Origin: Myxococcota bacterium
GTDB lineage: Bacteria > Myxococcota_A > UBA9042 > PHBI01 > JAWLBL01
Assembly (NCBI GenBank): GCA_041687695.1
Contig: JAWLBL010000003.1
Coordinates: 1 to 23,559 of the forward strand
Direction: 5' to 3'
DNA: 23,559 nt
Shown: positions 1 through 10,573 of the stretch, one piece after another
Numbering within the stretch: the first letter of the stretch is position 1
Layout of the letters: each line of letters begins with the position of its first letter
Position numbers and translations under genes: made by a program
Notes under the pieces: generated by a model
The model's database searches: none
Told to the model about the DNA's origin: nothing
Seen by the model: only the letters and a program-made list of their open reading frames with translations

Positions 1-37
1 CAAGGCCGCCTCCGCCGGCATCAATACGACACCGGCT
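1..37 (+). mobile_element. Right-hand part of the MITE-like element (partial copy, cut by the window edge)
   Basis: Bases 1-30 (CAAGGCCGCCTCCGCCGGCATCAATACGAC) are identical to 9827-9856. The copy ends CGACACcggCT and is followed by GGAAGCCGG, the same junction as at 9866/9867. Confidence 0.7.
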
Positions 38-129
38 GGAAGCCGGCGGTCCCAGGGGAGGCGGTCCCAACTTCGTCCCGGTTCCGGGCCGGCTGGAAGC
101 CGGCGGCCCCTGGAAGCCGGCGGTCTCAG
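32..129 (+). repeat. Cluster of three family-A REP-like palindromes (CCGGCT-GGA-AGCCGG-CGGTCCCAG)
   Basis: Copies at about 32-55, 88-109 and 110-129. The same motif recurs at 9625-10059. The cluster lies just past the 3' end of the SGNH gene. Confidence 0.85.
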
Positions 130-138
130 GCCGCTTGG

Positions 139-1494
139 TCAGTCCGCCGCGGCCGGAGCGTCGGCCGACGCGCCGGGGTCGGGCTCGGCGTCCTCGGCGC
201 CGCGGTCGGCGGCCTGCCCGGGATCGACGTCGTCGCCGGGCTGGTCGCCGGGGTCCATGGCCGGGTCGTCGGCGGTGGGCTCGGGGGCCGGGGTGGCGGC
301 GACGGTGGCGTCGCGGGCCGCCTTCCAGGCGTCGTACTCGGTCAGCAGCCAGGCGGAGACCAGGTTGCCGACGACGCGGTGGCCCTTGCCGTTCAAGTGC
401 GCGAGATCCCCGGCGATCCAGCCCTTGTTGCGGAAGTGGACGATGGCCTGGTCGCCGCCGCCCATGGCCTTGACGGTGTCGAAGAAGGCGCAGCCCTCGG
501 CCGCGGCGGCCTTGCGCTGGGCGTCGTAGATCTTCTTCAGCGCCGGGTCGAGCTTCATCGCGCCACCCTCGCGGACCCCGTGGGCGATGGGGCCCATGAC
601 GAGGCAGGCGGCCTGGGGGGCGCCGCGCTTGAGGCGCGCGACCGTCTCGCGCAGCTCGCCCATGTGGACCTTGACCGTCAGGCCAGGGTCGACGCGCTCG
701 TTGCCGCCGAAGTTGACCACCAGCAGGTTCGGCTTGCGGGCGGCGATCTGTCCCTCGAGGTGCTTGGCGTTGGCGTTCATCAGGCGCCGCGCGCGCAGAC
801 CCAGCACGCCCAGCGTGTCCAGCACGACGCCCGGCGCCTTGCGCTCGAGCACGACGCCGTACACCCGCACCGGGCCCTCGCCGGCCGCGCGCACGCGGAC
901 CTTCTTGGCGCCGGCGAGCGCCTGCCGCCACACGCGGTCGGTCACCTGCTCGCTGGCGGTGGACTCGGTGGCGGTCGCCGTGCCCGCGTCGTCGACGAAG
1001 ACCTGCAGCCCGCCGGCCTTGGGCGACGCCTCATAGAAGACCTCGACCAGGTCGAAGCCCTCGCCCTGGGTCTCGAAGGTGCTGGAGGCGCCGCCGAAGC
1101 TGGTCGCCTGCACGCCGCCCAGGCCGTAGCGGCCCGTGTCCAGGTTGCCCTTGAGGATGTTCCAGGTCTTCCAGCCCGAGCGCACCAGGCGCACGCCCTG
1201 CCGCAGGTAGCCGTCGAAGGCGGGCGCGGCCAGGATGAAGCCGGGGCCGCCGTCGCCGAAGCGCTCGGCCAGCCGGGCGCGCACCTGCCCGGTGTAGCCG
1301 TCCGAGACGATGGCGCTGTCGCCCCACCAGAGGATGCGCGCCTTGCTGCCGGCCTCGCCGGCCTCGGCGCGGGCGAGGGACTCGAAGAACGGGGACAGCG
1401 GGTGGGTCGCGGGCGCCGCGTCGCCAGCGTGGACGGGCGCCGAGAGGGCGAGGGTCGCGGCCAGCGTGGCGCACAGGGTTGGGATCATCCGCAT
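139..1494 (-). CDS. Secreted SGNH/GDSL hydrolase-family protein (polysaccharide or peptidoglycan O-acetyltransferase/esterase-like), 451 aa
   Basis: N-terminal signal peptide (ending ...SAPVHA). Block I WGDS, block III NFGGNE and catalytic DxxH (GDLAH). Acidic Pro/Ala-rich C-terminal tail. Confidence 0.85.
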   Translation of the reverse strand: MRMIPTLCATLAATLALSAPVHAGDAAPATHPLSPFFESLARAEAGEAGSKARILWWGDSAIVSDGYTGQVRARLAERFGDGGPGFILAAPAFDGYLRQGVRLVRSGWKTWNILKGNLDTGRYGLGGVQATSFGGASSTFETQGEGFDLVEVFYEASPKAGGLQVFVDDAGTATATESTASEQVTDRVWRQALAGAKKVRVRAAGEGPVRVYGVVLERKAPGVVLDTLGVLGLRARRLMNANAKHLEGQIAARKPNLLVVNFGGNERVDPGLTVKVHMGELRETVARLKRGAPQAACLVMGPIAHGVREGGAMKLDPALKKIYDAQRKAAAAEGCAFFDTVKAMGGGDQAIVHFRNKGWIAGDLAHLNGKGHRVVGNLVSAWLLTEYDAWKAARDATVAATPAPEPTADDPAMDPGDQPGDDVDPGQAADRGAEDAEPDPGASADAPAAAD

Positions 1495-1630
1495 GGATCA
1501 CCTCGCGCCGGGGCGGGGGCCGCGGCGCCGAAGAACGTCCGAAGTCGGCGTCGACAAAGGTGCGAAGCCATACCCGAGCGGCCGCGAGCCGTAAAGAAGC
1601 GCGTGTTCCCCGATCCCTGCGCCGCGCACG

Positions 1631-1659
1631 TTGCGGCGGGGAAGGGCTTGGGCTACGCT
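1631..1659 (+). promoter_or_regulatory. Putative sigma70-like promoter for the spike gene
   Basis: TTGCGG (1631-1636), a 17-nt spacer, then TACGCT (1654-1659), about 56 nt upstream of the ATG. Pattern match only. Confidence 0.35.
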
Positions 1660-1715
1660 GTGGTCCGTCTCGGGGGTCGCACGCAAGGCTCGAGGTCGGT
1701 CCGGGAGGAGCTCAG

Positions 1716-2531
1716 ATGGACATGGGCGGACTGGGCGGTGGCAGCCGTCGTATCTACGGCGTCGTCATCGGCATCGTCACGGACAACAAGCACCCTGACG
1801 GCGAGTACCGGGTGAAGGTGAAGTTCCCCTGGATCCGCTCGACGGACGCCGGGGACGACGAGGACTTCGTCAGCTCCTGGGCCCGGATCACGACGCCCAT
1901 GGCCGGGCTCGGACGCGGCGTCTGGCTGCTGCCCGAGGTCGACGACGAGGTGCTCGTGATGTTCGAGCACGGCGACGTGCGGCGGCCCTTCGTCGTCGGG
2001 TCGCTGTGGAACGGCAAGGACGTGCCGCCGGTGGGCGAGAAGGCCCCGGCGAACACGACCGACCCGCTCGGGGTCGACCTCGAGCTGGGCGAGGTCTGCA
2101 AGGACAACAAGGAGCACGACGGCAAGAACCCGAACCGGTTCATCCACACCCGGTCGGGCCACTCGCTGATCTTCGACGACGGGGCTGAGGACTCGGACGG
2201 CAAGGTCGTCATCAAGACGAAGACCGGCCACACGATCGTGCTCAACGACAAGGGCGGCAACGAGAGCATCGCCATCTACGGCGGCAAGGGCGAGGAGTAC
2301 CTGTACCTCGACGAAGCCAACAAGAAGATCATCTTCGAGACGAAGAACGGCGACATCGACATCTTCTGCAAGAACGGCACGCTGAACATCGAGGCCAAGG
2401 AGATCACGACCAAGGCCTCGACGACCGCCACCCACGAGGCGACCGACAAGATGACCCACAAGTCCAAGGAGGTCGTCGTCAAGGGTGACAGCAAGATCGA
2501 CATGGACGGCGGCAAGATCGAGCTCAACTGA
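1716..2531 (+). CDS. Phage baseplate assembly protein V / VgrG-Gp5-like spike (contractile injection system type), 271 aa
   Basis: GGAGGAG RBS at 1704-1710 precedes ATG 1716. Gp5 OB-fold signature GVVIGIVTDN..RVKVKFPW..WARI..PMAG..RG...LPEVDDEVLV.FEHGD..RPFVVGSLWNG. Beta-strand repeats follow (TRSGHSLIFDD, TKTGHTIVLND) and the protein ends GGKIELN. Confidence 0.88.
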   Translation: MDMGGLGGGSRRIYGVVIGIVTDNKHPDGEYRVKVKFPWIRSTDAGDDEDFVSSWARITTPMAGLGRGVWLLPEVDDEVLVMFEHGDVRRPFVVGSLWNGKDVPPVGEKAPANTTDPLGVDLELGEVCKDNKEHDGKNPNRFIHTRSGHSLIFDDGAEDSDGKVVIKTKTGHTIVLNDKGGNESIAIYGGKGEEYLYLDEANKKIIFETKNGDIDIFCKNGTLNIEAKEITTKASTTATHEATDKMTHKSKEVVVKGDSKIDMDGGKIELN

Positions 2532-2557
2532 GCCGCTTCCCAGTCCATCCGGCACCG

Positions 2558-2601
2558 CGGGGCCGGCGCTCTCGTCCGAGGCGCCGGCCCCGTCGTTTTT
2601 C
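2558..2601 (+). terminator. Intrinsic terminator after the spike gene
   Basis: 12-bp stem CGGGGCCGGCGC (2558-2569) pairs with GCGCCGGCCCCG (2581-2592), followed by TCGTTTTT. Confidence 0.7.
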
Positions 2602-2763
2602 GTGGCGCCGCGCGCCCGGCTGAACCGTAAGTTGTCCGTGTCGTTTCGGTCTGTTACACCCCGGCGGCTCGCAGTGACGGTCGGCGCCCGCGCCCATGAC
2701 TGATCACCACGAGCGAGCGCGGCAACCCAAAGGGTCGCGCACAAGACACCAGCCGGAGCACAC

Positions 2764-4807
<2,044 letters not shown>

Positions 4808-4808
<1 letters not shown>

Positions 4809-7093
4809 TGAGCGGTCAGAGCCCCGCGCCCCGGCCCCTGGCCGTCGTCCCCGTCGCCGCGCCCCCGCCGGGGCCCCCGTCGCCGCCCGGAGGCGCCGAG
4901 CGCGAGTCCATGTTCGGGCAGCTCGCCAGCTACCTGGGCGTCGTCTTTCGCCACAAGTGGCTGGTGCTGGCGGCGGTCGTCCTGGGCACCGGCGCCGGTT
5001 ACGCGTGGCTGCAGGAGCAGGTCCCCGTCTACAAGGCGACCTCGCGCCTGATGATCGATCTGTCGGCCCCGAAGATCTTGAACGACGTCAGCGAGGTCGT
5101 CGAGCTGGGCACGCCGCGCACCTACGGCGGCCACCTGATGTACTTCGAGAGCCAGTACGAGATCATCCGCAGCCGCGACGTGGCGGAGAAGGTGCTGGAC
5201 CGGCTGGGGCTGTGGCAGGACGAGCGCCTGCTGGGGCTGAGCGAGCGGTCGGATCTGACCGAAGAGGCGCGGCAGAAGCTGCTGGCCGAGGCGGACATGC
5301 CGTCGGTGCTGGCCAAGCGCATCCAGGTCGAGCCGCTCAAGAAGTCGATGCTGGTCGACGTCGGCTTCGAGGATCCCGATCCCGAGCTGGCGCTGAAGAT
5401 CGTCAACGCGGTGGCCGAGGCCTACCGCGAGCAGAACGTCGAGCAGAAAAAGCGCGTGGTCGGCGACGCGACGGGTGAGCTCGAGCGCCTGCGCACCGTG
5501 TGGGGCGAGCGCCTGGCCGAGGCCGAGGCCGCCGTGCGCGCCTTCGAGGTGCAGCACAGCGTCGGGACCATCCCAAACACCAAGAAGGCCATCGAGGAGC
5601 GGCTGGCTTCGCTGTCGGCGCAGCTGACCGAGGCGCGCGTGAACGGCATCAAGGTGCAGGCCAAGGCCAACGCGCTGGCGCGCTACACGCGGGTCAAGGA
5701 CATCGACGCCATCACGGCGCCCGAGATCCTGAGCGACGACGTGTTCCGCAAGGCCAAGCAGCAGATCGACGAGCTGGAGGCCAAGCTCGAGGGCCTGCGG
5801 GTCAAGTACCTCGAGAAGCACCCCGAGATCCTGACGCTGGAGAAGCAGGCCGACTGGCTGCGCAAGAGCGTCAAGCGCGAGGTGCAGAACCGGGCGCGCA
5901 GCGCGCAGCAGGAGCTGACGGAGCTGCAGGCCGTGGAGAAGGGCCTGGAGGTCGAGCTGGCCGCCGCCAAGGAGGAGGAGCGGCGGGTCGCGGACATCGA
6001 GCGTGACTACGCGCGGCTGGTCGAGGTCGCGACGCAGCACAAGGCGCAGCACGAGAGCATCAACAAGCGCTTCATCGAGACGACCCTGTCGGCGCAGGTC
6101 GAGACCAACAACATCCGCGTGCTCGAGCCGGCCGTCACCGCCATCAAGGTGCGGCCGCGGCCGGTGTCGGTGCTGGTCGGGGCGGCCTTCGCGGCGCTGC
6201 TGGTCGGCCTGCTGCTGGCCTTCGTGGTCGAGTTCGCCGACGCCAGCGTCAAGGACTGGGCGGACCTCGAGGAGCGCTTCCACCAGAAGGTGCTGGGCGT
6301 GCTGCCGGCCATCAGCCGCGAGGGGCTCAAGCGGCGCGAGCTGACGCCCGAGGAGCTGCGCAAGCGCGACTTCCACATCCGCGACAACCCGACCAGCCAC
6401 GCCGCCGAGGCCATCCGCACCCTGCGCACGAACCTGCTGTTCATGGCGACGACCAGCCCGGTCAAGTCGCTGCTGCTGACCAGCGCCGACACCAGCGAGG
6501 GCAAGAGCACCGTGTCCATCGGGCTCGCCGTCAGCATGGCCGCCAGCGGCAGCAAGGTCCTGCTGGTCGAGGCCGACATGCGGCGCCCGCGCCTGGCCAA
6601 GTCGTTCCAGGTCGACCGCGACCGGGGCCTGACCACCTGGCTGATGGGCTCGGACGACCCGACCGACCACGTCCAGCCGTCGGGCGTCGACAACCTGGAT
6701 CTCCTGGTGTGCGGCCCGATGCCGCCCAACCCCGCCGAGCTGCTGCACACCGAGCGCTTCCGCGAGGTGCACGCCGCGATGCGGGCGCGCTACGACTTCA
6801 TCATCTTCGACTCGCCGCCGGTGCTGGCCGTCGCCGACCCGCTGGTCCTGGCCAGCCAGATCGACGGCTGCCTGGTCGTGGTCCGCGCCGGGCGCACCTC
6901 GCGCCACGCGCTGCGGGCGACGCTGCGGCAGCTGGGCACGGTGAACGCGCGCATGCTGGGCGTCGTGCTCAACCACCGCGAGAAGCGCCAGGCCGGCTAC
7001 CGGGACGGCTACTCGTCGTACGGTTACGGCTACCGCTACGCTAGCACCCCCTACGCCGCCGACCCGGCGACGGGGACCAAGGGCGACTCCTGA
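4808..7093 (+). CDS. wzc: Polysaccharide co-polymerase / tyrosine autokinase (Wzc/GumC family), 761 aa
   Basis: Two TM segments flank a coiled-coil periplasmic domain. Walker A SEGKST, A' VEADMRRP and B IIFDSPP. C-terminal Tyr cluster GYRDGYSSYGYGYRY. TGATG overlap with fcl. Confidence 0.93.
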
Positions 7094-7113
7094 GCGGTCG
7101 CGGAGGGGGGAGC

Positions 7114-9621
7114 GTGGCGAGTCGACTGAGGGGCTGGCTGGGGGGCCTCGAGCAGGCCCCCGCGTTCGTGACGCTGGCCGTCGTGCTCGTCGCGCCGCAG
7201 CTCATCGGCGGCGTGCCGCTGGCGGCGCGGATCGTGTTGGCGGCGCTGGCGCTGCTGGCGCTGGGCGGGCTGCTGGCCACGCGGACGGCGCGCACGCAGC
7301 CGCTGCGGTTCGGCACGCTGGGCCTGGTGCTGGCGGGGCTGACCCTGTGGACCTTCGCGCAGTGGGTGCCGCTGCCGGCGGGGCTGTCGCAGGCCCTGGC
7401 GCCCGCCACCGCGGCGGCGCGCGCGGCGACCGAGCAGGCCTGGGGCGCGGCCGAGGGGCCGGCCTGGACGGCGCTGTCGCTGGACCCGGCGCGCACCGGG
7501 GCGCAGGTCGTGACCCTGATTGGTCTGTTGGCCGTGTTCCTGCTGGTCGCCAACGCGCGGCCCAGCCCGGGAGACATCCCGCGGCGGGTCGCCTTCGCCA
7601 TCGAGCTGTCGGCGCTGGCCCTGGTCGCGGCCGGGGTGCTGCACGAGGCGCTGGGGATGCGGACGGTCTTCGGCGTCTACGAGCCGACACGGGCGGCGGC
7701 CGGGCTGACGCCGCTGATGACGCCGATCCTGAACCCGAACCACGCGGCGGCGCTGTGCCTGCTGGGGCTGGCGGCGTCGGTGGGGCTGGCGCTGGACGCG
7801 GGGGCGGGGATCCGGCGGCGGCTGCACGTGCTGGCCAGCGCGGCGCTGCTGGCGGCCATCGCCGTGACCGGGTCGCGGGCGAACCTGGTGCTGGCGCCGG
7901 TGCTGGTGGTCGGCTTGGCGTTCCTGGCGCTGCGGCGCGAGGAGGACGAGCGCGTGCGCCGGGGCGGCTGGGCGCTGACCGGCGGCGTGGTCGTCGGGGC
8001 CGGGGCGCTGATCGCGGTGGGCCTGTGGAAGGGCTGGATCGCCTGGCCGGGCGCCGAGGGCGGCTGGGGCGAGCTCTTCGCCGGGCTGGATCTCGACAAG
8101 CGCTGGCGGGTCGGGCTGGCGGTGGCCGAGCAGCAACCCTGGGTGGGCGTCGGCGCGGGGGCCTTCGTCGCGGCGGCCGCCGGGGTGATGGGGCGCTGGG
8201 AGGGCGGCCTGGTCGACCACGCGCACAACGGCCTCTTGCAGGCGGCGGCCGACTGGGGCCTTCCGGTCGCGGCGGCGGCGCTGCTGGTGGGCGGGGCGGC
8301 GTTCGTGTCGTCGCTGTGGCTGGTGCGCAAAGAGGTGGTGCCGCTGGCGCTGGGGCTGGGCCTGGGGGCGCTGCTGCTGCAGAACCTGGTCGACTTCTCG
8401 CTGTGGATCCCCGGGGTGGGGTTCGCGGCGGCGGCGGCGGCCGGGGCGGTGACCCAGGCGGCGATGCAGCGGTCGCCGCGGCGCGGGCTGAGAAAGCGCC
8501 TGGTGCGCACGGGCAAGACCGGACAGCGGGCGCTGGTCGTCGCCGCCCTGGTCGGGGCGGCGGTGGTCGCGGGGCACCACGCCTGGGCCGAGGACCCGGC
8601 GCGCTGGCAGCGGGACATGCGGCAGGCGCTGGCCGAGGGAAAGCCGGGGTCGATCGAGCTCGACCGGCTGCTGGCCGAGCACCCCAGCGACTTCTACCTG
8701 ATCCGGCTGGGCGCCAGCGTGGCGCGGATGGGCGGTCGGGCGGAGGCGGGGCGGCGGCTGGCGGACCGGGCGCTGGCGCTGGCGCCCAGCAACGAAGGGG
8801 CGCTGCGCACGCGGGCCGAGATCGCCCTGGGCGAGGGCGACGTGCCGACGGCGCTGACGTGCCTGGGCGGGATGTTCGCCGAGAGCGCGTGGGGGCGGCG
8901 GGTCGCCAGCGAGTTGGTGCTCAAGCACGGTCGGCTGCCGGGGCTGCACGAGGGCTGGTTCGGCGGGGCGCCCGAGCGCGTCGTCGTGGCGGCGCGGCGG
9001 CTCGAGGGCAACGGCCGACGGCCCGCGGCGCGCGCGCTGCTCGCGTGGGGGACCGAGCGCTTCCCGGACGATCTCGCGCTGCACGAGGCCCGGGTGCAGG
9101 CGCTTCTGGCGGGGCCGCCGGCGCGCGAGGTGTTGGACAAGCTGTCGCTGGCGCTCTTGACCAAGGGCAGCGACGAGACGCGGGGCGAGGAAGGGCTGCG
9201 CTGGCAGCGGCTGGGTTACCTGGTGCAGGGCCACGTGCTGGCGAGCGAGCAGCGCCCGGCCGAGGCGCGGCACATGTTCCAGGCGGCGGCGCGGCTGGAC
9301 GTCCTCGCGGCCGGCGAGCCGCTGGTCATGGAGGCGCGGATGCTGCTCGAGACCGGCGACGGCGAGGCCTTGGAGCGGGTGCTGGGGCAGGTCGACGTCG
9401 CGACACGCGACGCCGGGGCGCTGCGGGCCGACTACCACCGGCTGCGCAGCCAGCAGGCCGAGCAGCGCGGCGACCTGCGCGGCGCCATCCGCGAGTTGAA
9501 CCGCGCCATGGTCTTCGTCAAGGACGACGCCGCCGACGCGCGACGCCTGGCCAAGCTGTACGACCAGGCCGGCGACCGCCGCGCCGCGGCCAACACCCGC
9601 GCGCGGCTCGAGACGCCCTAG
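7114..9621 (+). CDS. O-antigen ligase (Wzy_C/WaaL-like) membrane protein with a C-terminal TPR-like domain, 835 aa
   Basis: Many TM helices. Motifs NPNHAA, TGSRA, PWVGVGAGAF and DHAHNGLLQAAADWGL. Helical Ala/Leu/Arg-rich C-terminal half. GTG start after GGAG. Confidence 0.85.
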   Translation: MASRLRGWLGGLEQAPAFVTLAVVLVAPQLIGGVPLAARIVLAALALLALGGLLATRTARTQPLRFGTLGLVLAGLTLWTFAQWVPLPAGLSQALAPATAAARAATEQAWGAAEGPAWTALSLDPARTGAQVVTLIGLLAVFLLVANARPSPGDIPRRVAFAIELSALALVAAGVLHEALGMRTVFGVYEPTRAAAGLTPLMTPILNPNHAAALCLLGLAASVGLALDAGAGIRRRLHVLASAALLAAIAVTGSRANLVLAPVLVVGLAFLALRREEDERVRRGGWALTGGVVVGAGALIAVGLWKGWIAWPGAEGGWGELFAGLDLDKRWRVGLAVAEQQPWVGVGAGAFVAAAAGVMGRWEGGLVDHAHNGLLQAAADWGLPVAAAALLVGGAAFVSSLWLVRKEVVPLALGLGLGALLLQNLVDFSLWIPGVGFAAAAAAGAVTQAAMQRSPRRGLRKRLVRTGKTGQRALVVAALVGAAVVAGHHAWAEDPARWQRDMRQALAEGKPGSIELDRLLAEHPSDFYLIRLGASVARMGGRAEAGRRLADRALALAPSNEGALRTRAEIALGEGDVPTALTCLGGMFAESAWGRRVASELVLKHGRLPGLHEGWFGGAPERVVVAARRLEGNGRRPAARALLAWGTERFPDDLALHEARVQALLAGPPAREVLDKLSLALLTKGSDETRGEEGLRWQRLGYLVQGHVLASEQRPAEARHMFQAAARLDVLAAGEPLVMEARMLLETGDGEALERVLGQVDVATRDAGALRADYHRLRSQQAEQRGDLRGAIRELNRAMVFVKDDAADARRLAKLYDQAGDRRAAANTRARLETP

Positions 9622-9688
9622 GTCGCTGGAAGCCGGCGCTCCCAGAGGGGGCGGTCGCTGGGGATCGAGGAGGTTCCGGCCGGCTGGA

Positions 9689-9866
9689 AGAGGGTGTCGC
9701 AACAGCCCAACCGGAGTGCTCCACCTTGGTGGAGCCCCCATCCGGCGCAGCTTGCTGCGCCGGGTTTGGCGGCCAGATCCCGGCGGCAAGCCGCCGGGGC
9801 CGGGGCTCCGGCAAGCCGGAGCACTCCAAGGCCGCCTCCGCCGGCATCAATACGACGACACCCTCT
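9689..9866. mobile_element. 178-bp MITE-like element inserted in the loop of a family-A REP
   Basis: 11-bp terminal inverted repeats AGAGGGTGTCG / CGACACCCTCT are flanked by duplicated GGA (alternatively read as 9-bp TIR plus CTGGAAG duplication). Removing the element restores CCGGCCGGCTGGAAGCCGGCGGTCCCAG. Partial copies lie at both window ends. Confidence 0.7.
9713..9827. repeat. Four-hairpin REPIN-like dyad inside the MITE
   Basis: 10-bp inverted ends GGAGTGCTCC / GGAGCACTCC. Hairpins at 9718-9735, 9742-9763, 9779-9798 and 9805-9822 have loops CTTG, CTTG, CAAG and CAAG. Confidence 0.8.
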
Positions 9867-9910
9867 GGAAGCCGGCGGTCCCAGGGGGCTGACCGAAAGG
9901 AGCGACGTTC

Positions 9911-9962
9911 TGGAGTGCCCGCGCTCGCGCGGGCTCGCTGGTTGGTAAAGCTCGCGGCGCCC
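9911..9962 (+). repeat. Family-B REP-like element (TGGAGTG, hairpin, N13, GCTCGCGGCGCCC), 52 bp
   Basis: Matches the reverse complement of 13962-14013 at 49/52 positions and shares head and tail with 19189-19240 and 20941-20991. Confidence 0.85.
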
Positions 9963-10209
9963 GGCATCGCGGCGATCCGGCCGGCTGGAAGCCGGCGATC
10001 CCAGTCGGCGGTCGCCGGGTTCTTTGGCGGCCCGGCCGGCTGGAAGCCGACGATCCCAGGGGGTGGTCGCCGGGTTGGTGGCCGGCTGGGTTGGCGGGAG
10101 AAGCGTGTCGTTTCGTTCCGCCGCCGCAGGCGGCTGTGGACCGCGCAGGCCATGCCTGCGCTGTGCGATGGTCGCTCCGTCCCTGAACGCGCGGTCCATG
10201 GCGGCGGCG

Positions 10210-10540
10210 TGGTCGGCATCCTCCGGAGGGTGGCTGGACCCATCGCGGGGGATGGTCGGCATCCTCCTGAGAGGGGCTGGACCCATCGCGGGGGATGGTC
10301 GGCATCCTTCGGAGGGGGTCTGGACCCTCAGAAGTGAATGGGTCGAGGCTCTTGGAGGGGTCTGCACCCCTAGAATTGAATAACTCTCAGCGCTGCGGAG
10401 GGGGTTGGACCCCGAAAAGTGAATGGCTCGAAGCTCCGCGAGGGGGCTGGACCCCTAAAGGTGCATAGGTCGCATCTCCGCGAGGGGGTCTGGACCCCTC
10501 CGCGGGGAGGGTGACCAGCTCCGCGAGGGGGTGGGACCCG
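10210..10540. repeat. Degenerate tandem array of 8 units with 42-43-bp period, core CTCC(G)(C/G)GAGGGGG(T)CTGGACCC
   Basis: GGACCC/GCACCC anchors at 10236, 10279, 10322, 10364, 10407, 10449, 10492 and 10534. Confidence 0.85.
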
Positions 10541-10573
10541 TCGGTCCGGGCCCGAACCCGTGGCTCCGGTCGG

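Larger units (their letters stand above)
9625..10059 (+). repeat. Family-A REP cluster (GCTGGAAGCCGGCG[G/C/A]TCCCAG)
   Basis: Copies at 9625-9645, 9977-10004 and 10032-10059, plus one split copy (9676-9690 joined to 9865-9884). Most are followed by G(C/T)GGTCGC, with a unit spacing of about 55-58 bp. Confidence 0.85.

Noticed and set aside
1716..2531. Prophage or complete T6SS/eCIS locus
   Set aside because: No other phage, T6SS or tail genes, integrase or att-like sites were seen in the window.
2602..2763. ops/JUMPStart element upstream of gmd
   Set aside because: No GGCGGTAG-type motif was found, and no confident promoter could be called.
9518..10383. ORFs of 84-249 aa across the repeat region (for example the MPTIPRDGSS repeats)
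   Set aside because: They are translations of REP and tandem repeats, with no family motifs, no convincing RBS and no coding-type codon bias.
10210..10540. CRISPR array interpretation of the 42-43-bp repeats
   Set aside because: The cores are degenerate and the period is shorter than typical CRISPR units. The linkers are about 21 nt and related to each other and to the core, and no cas genes are in the window.
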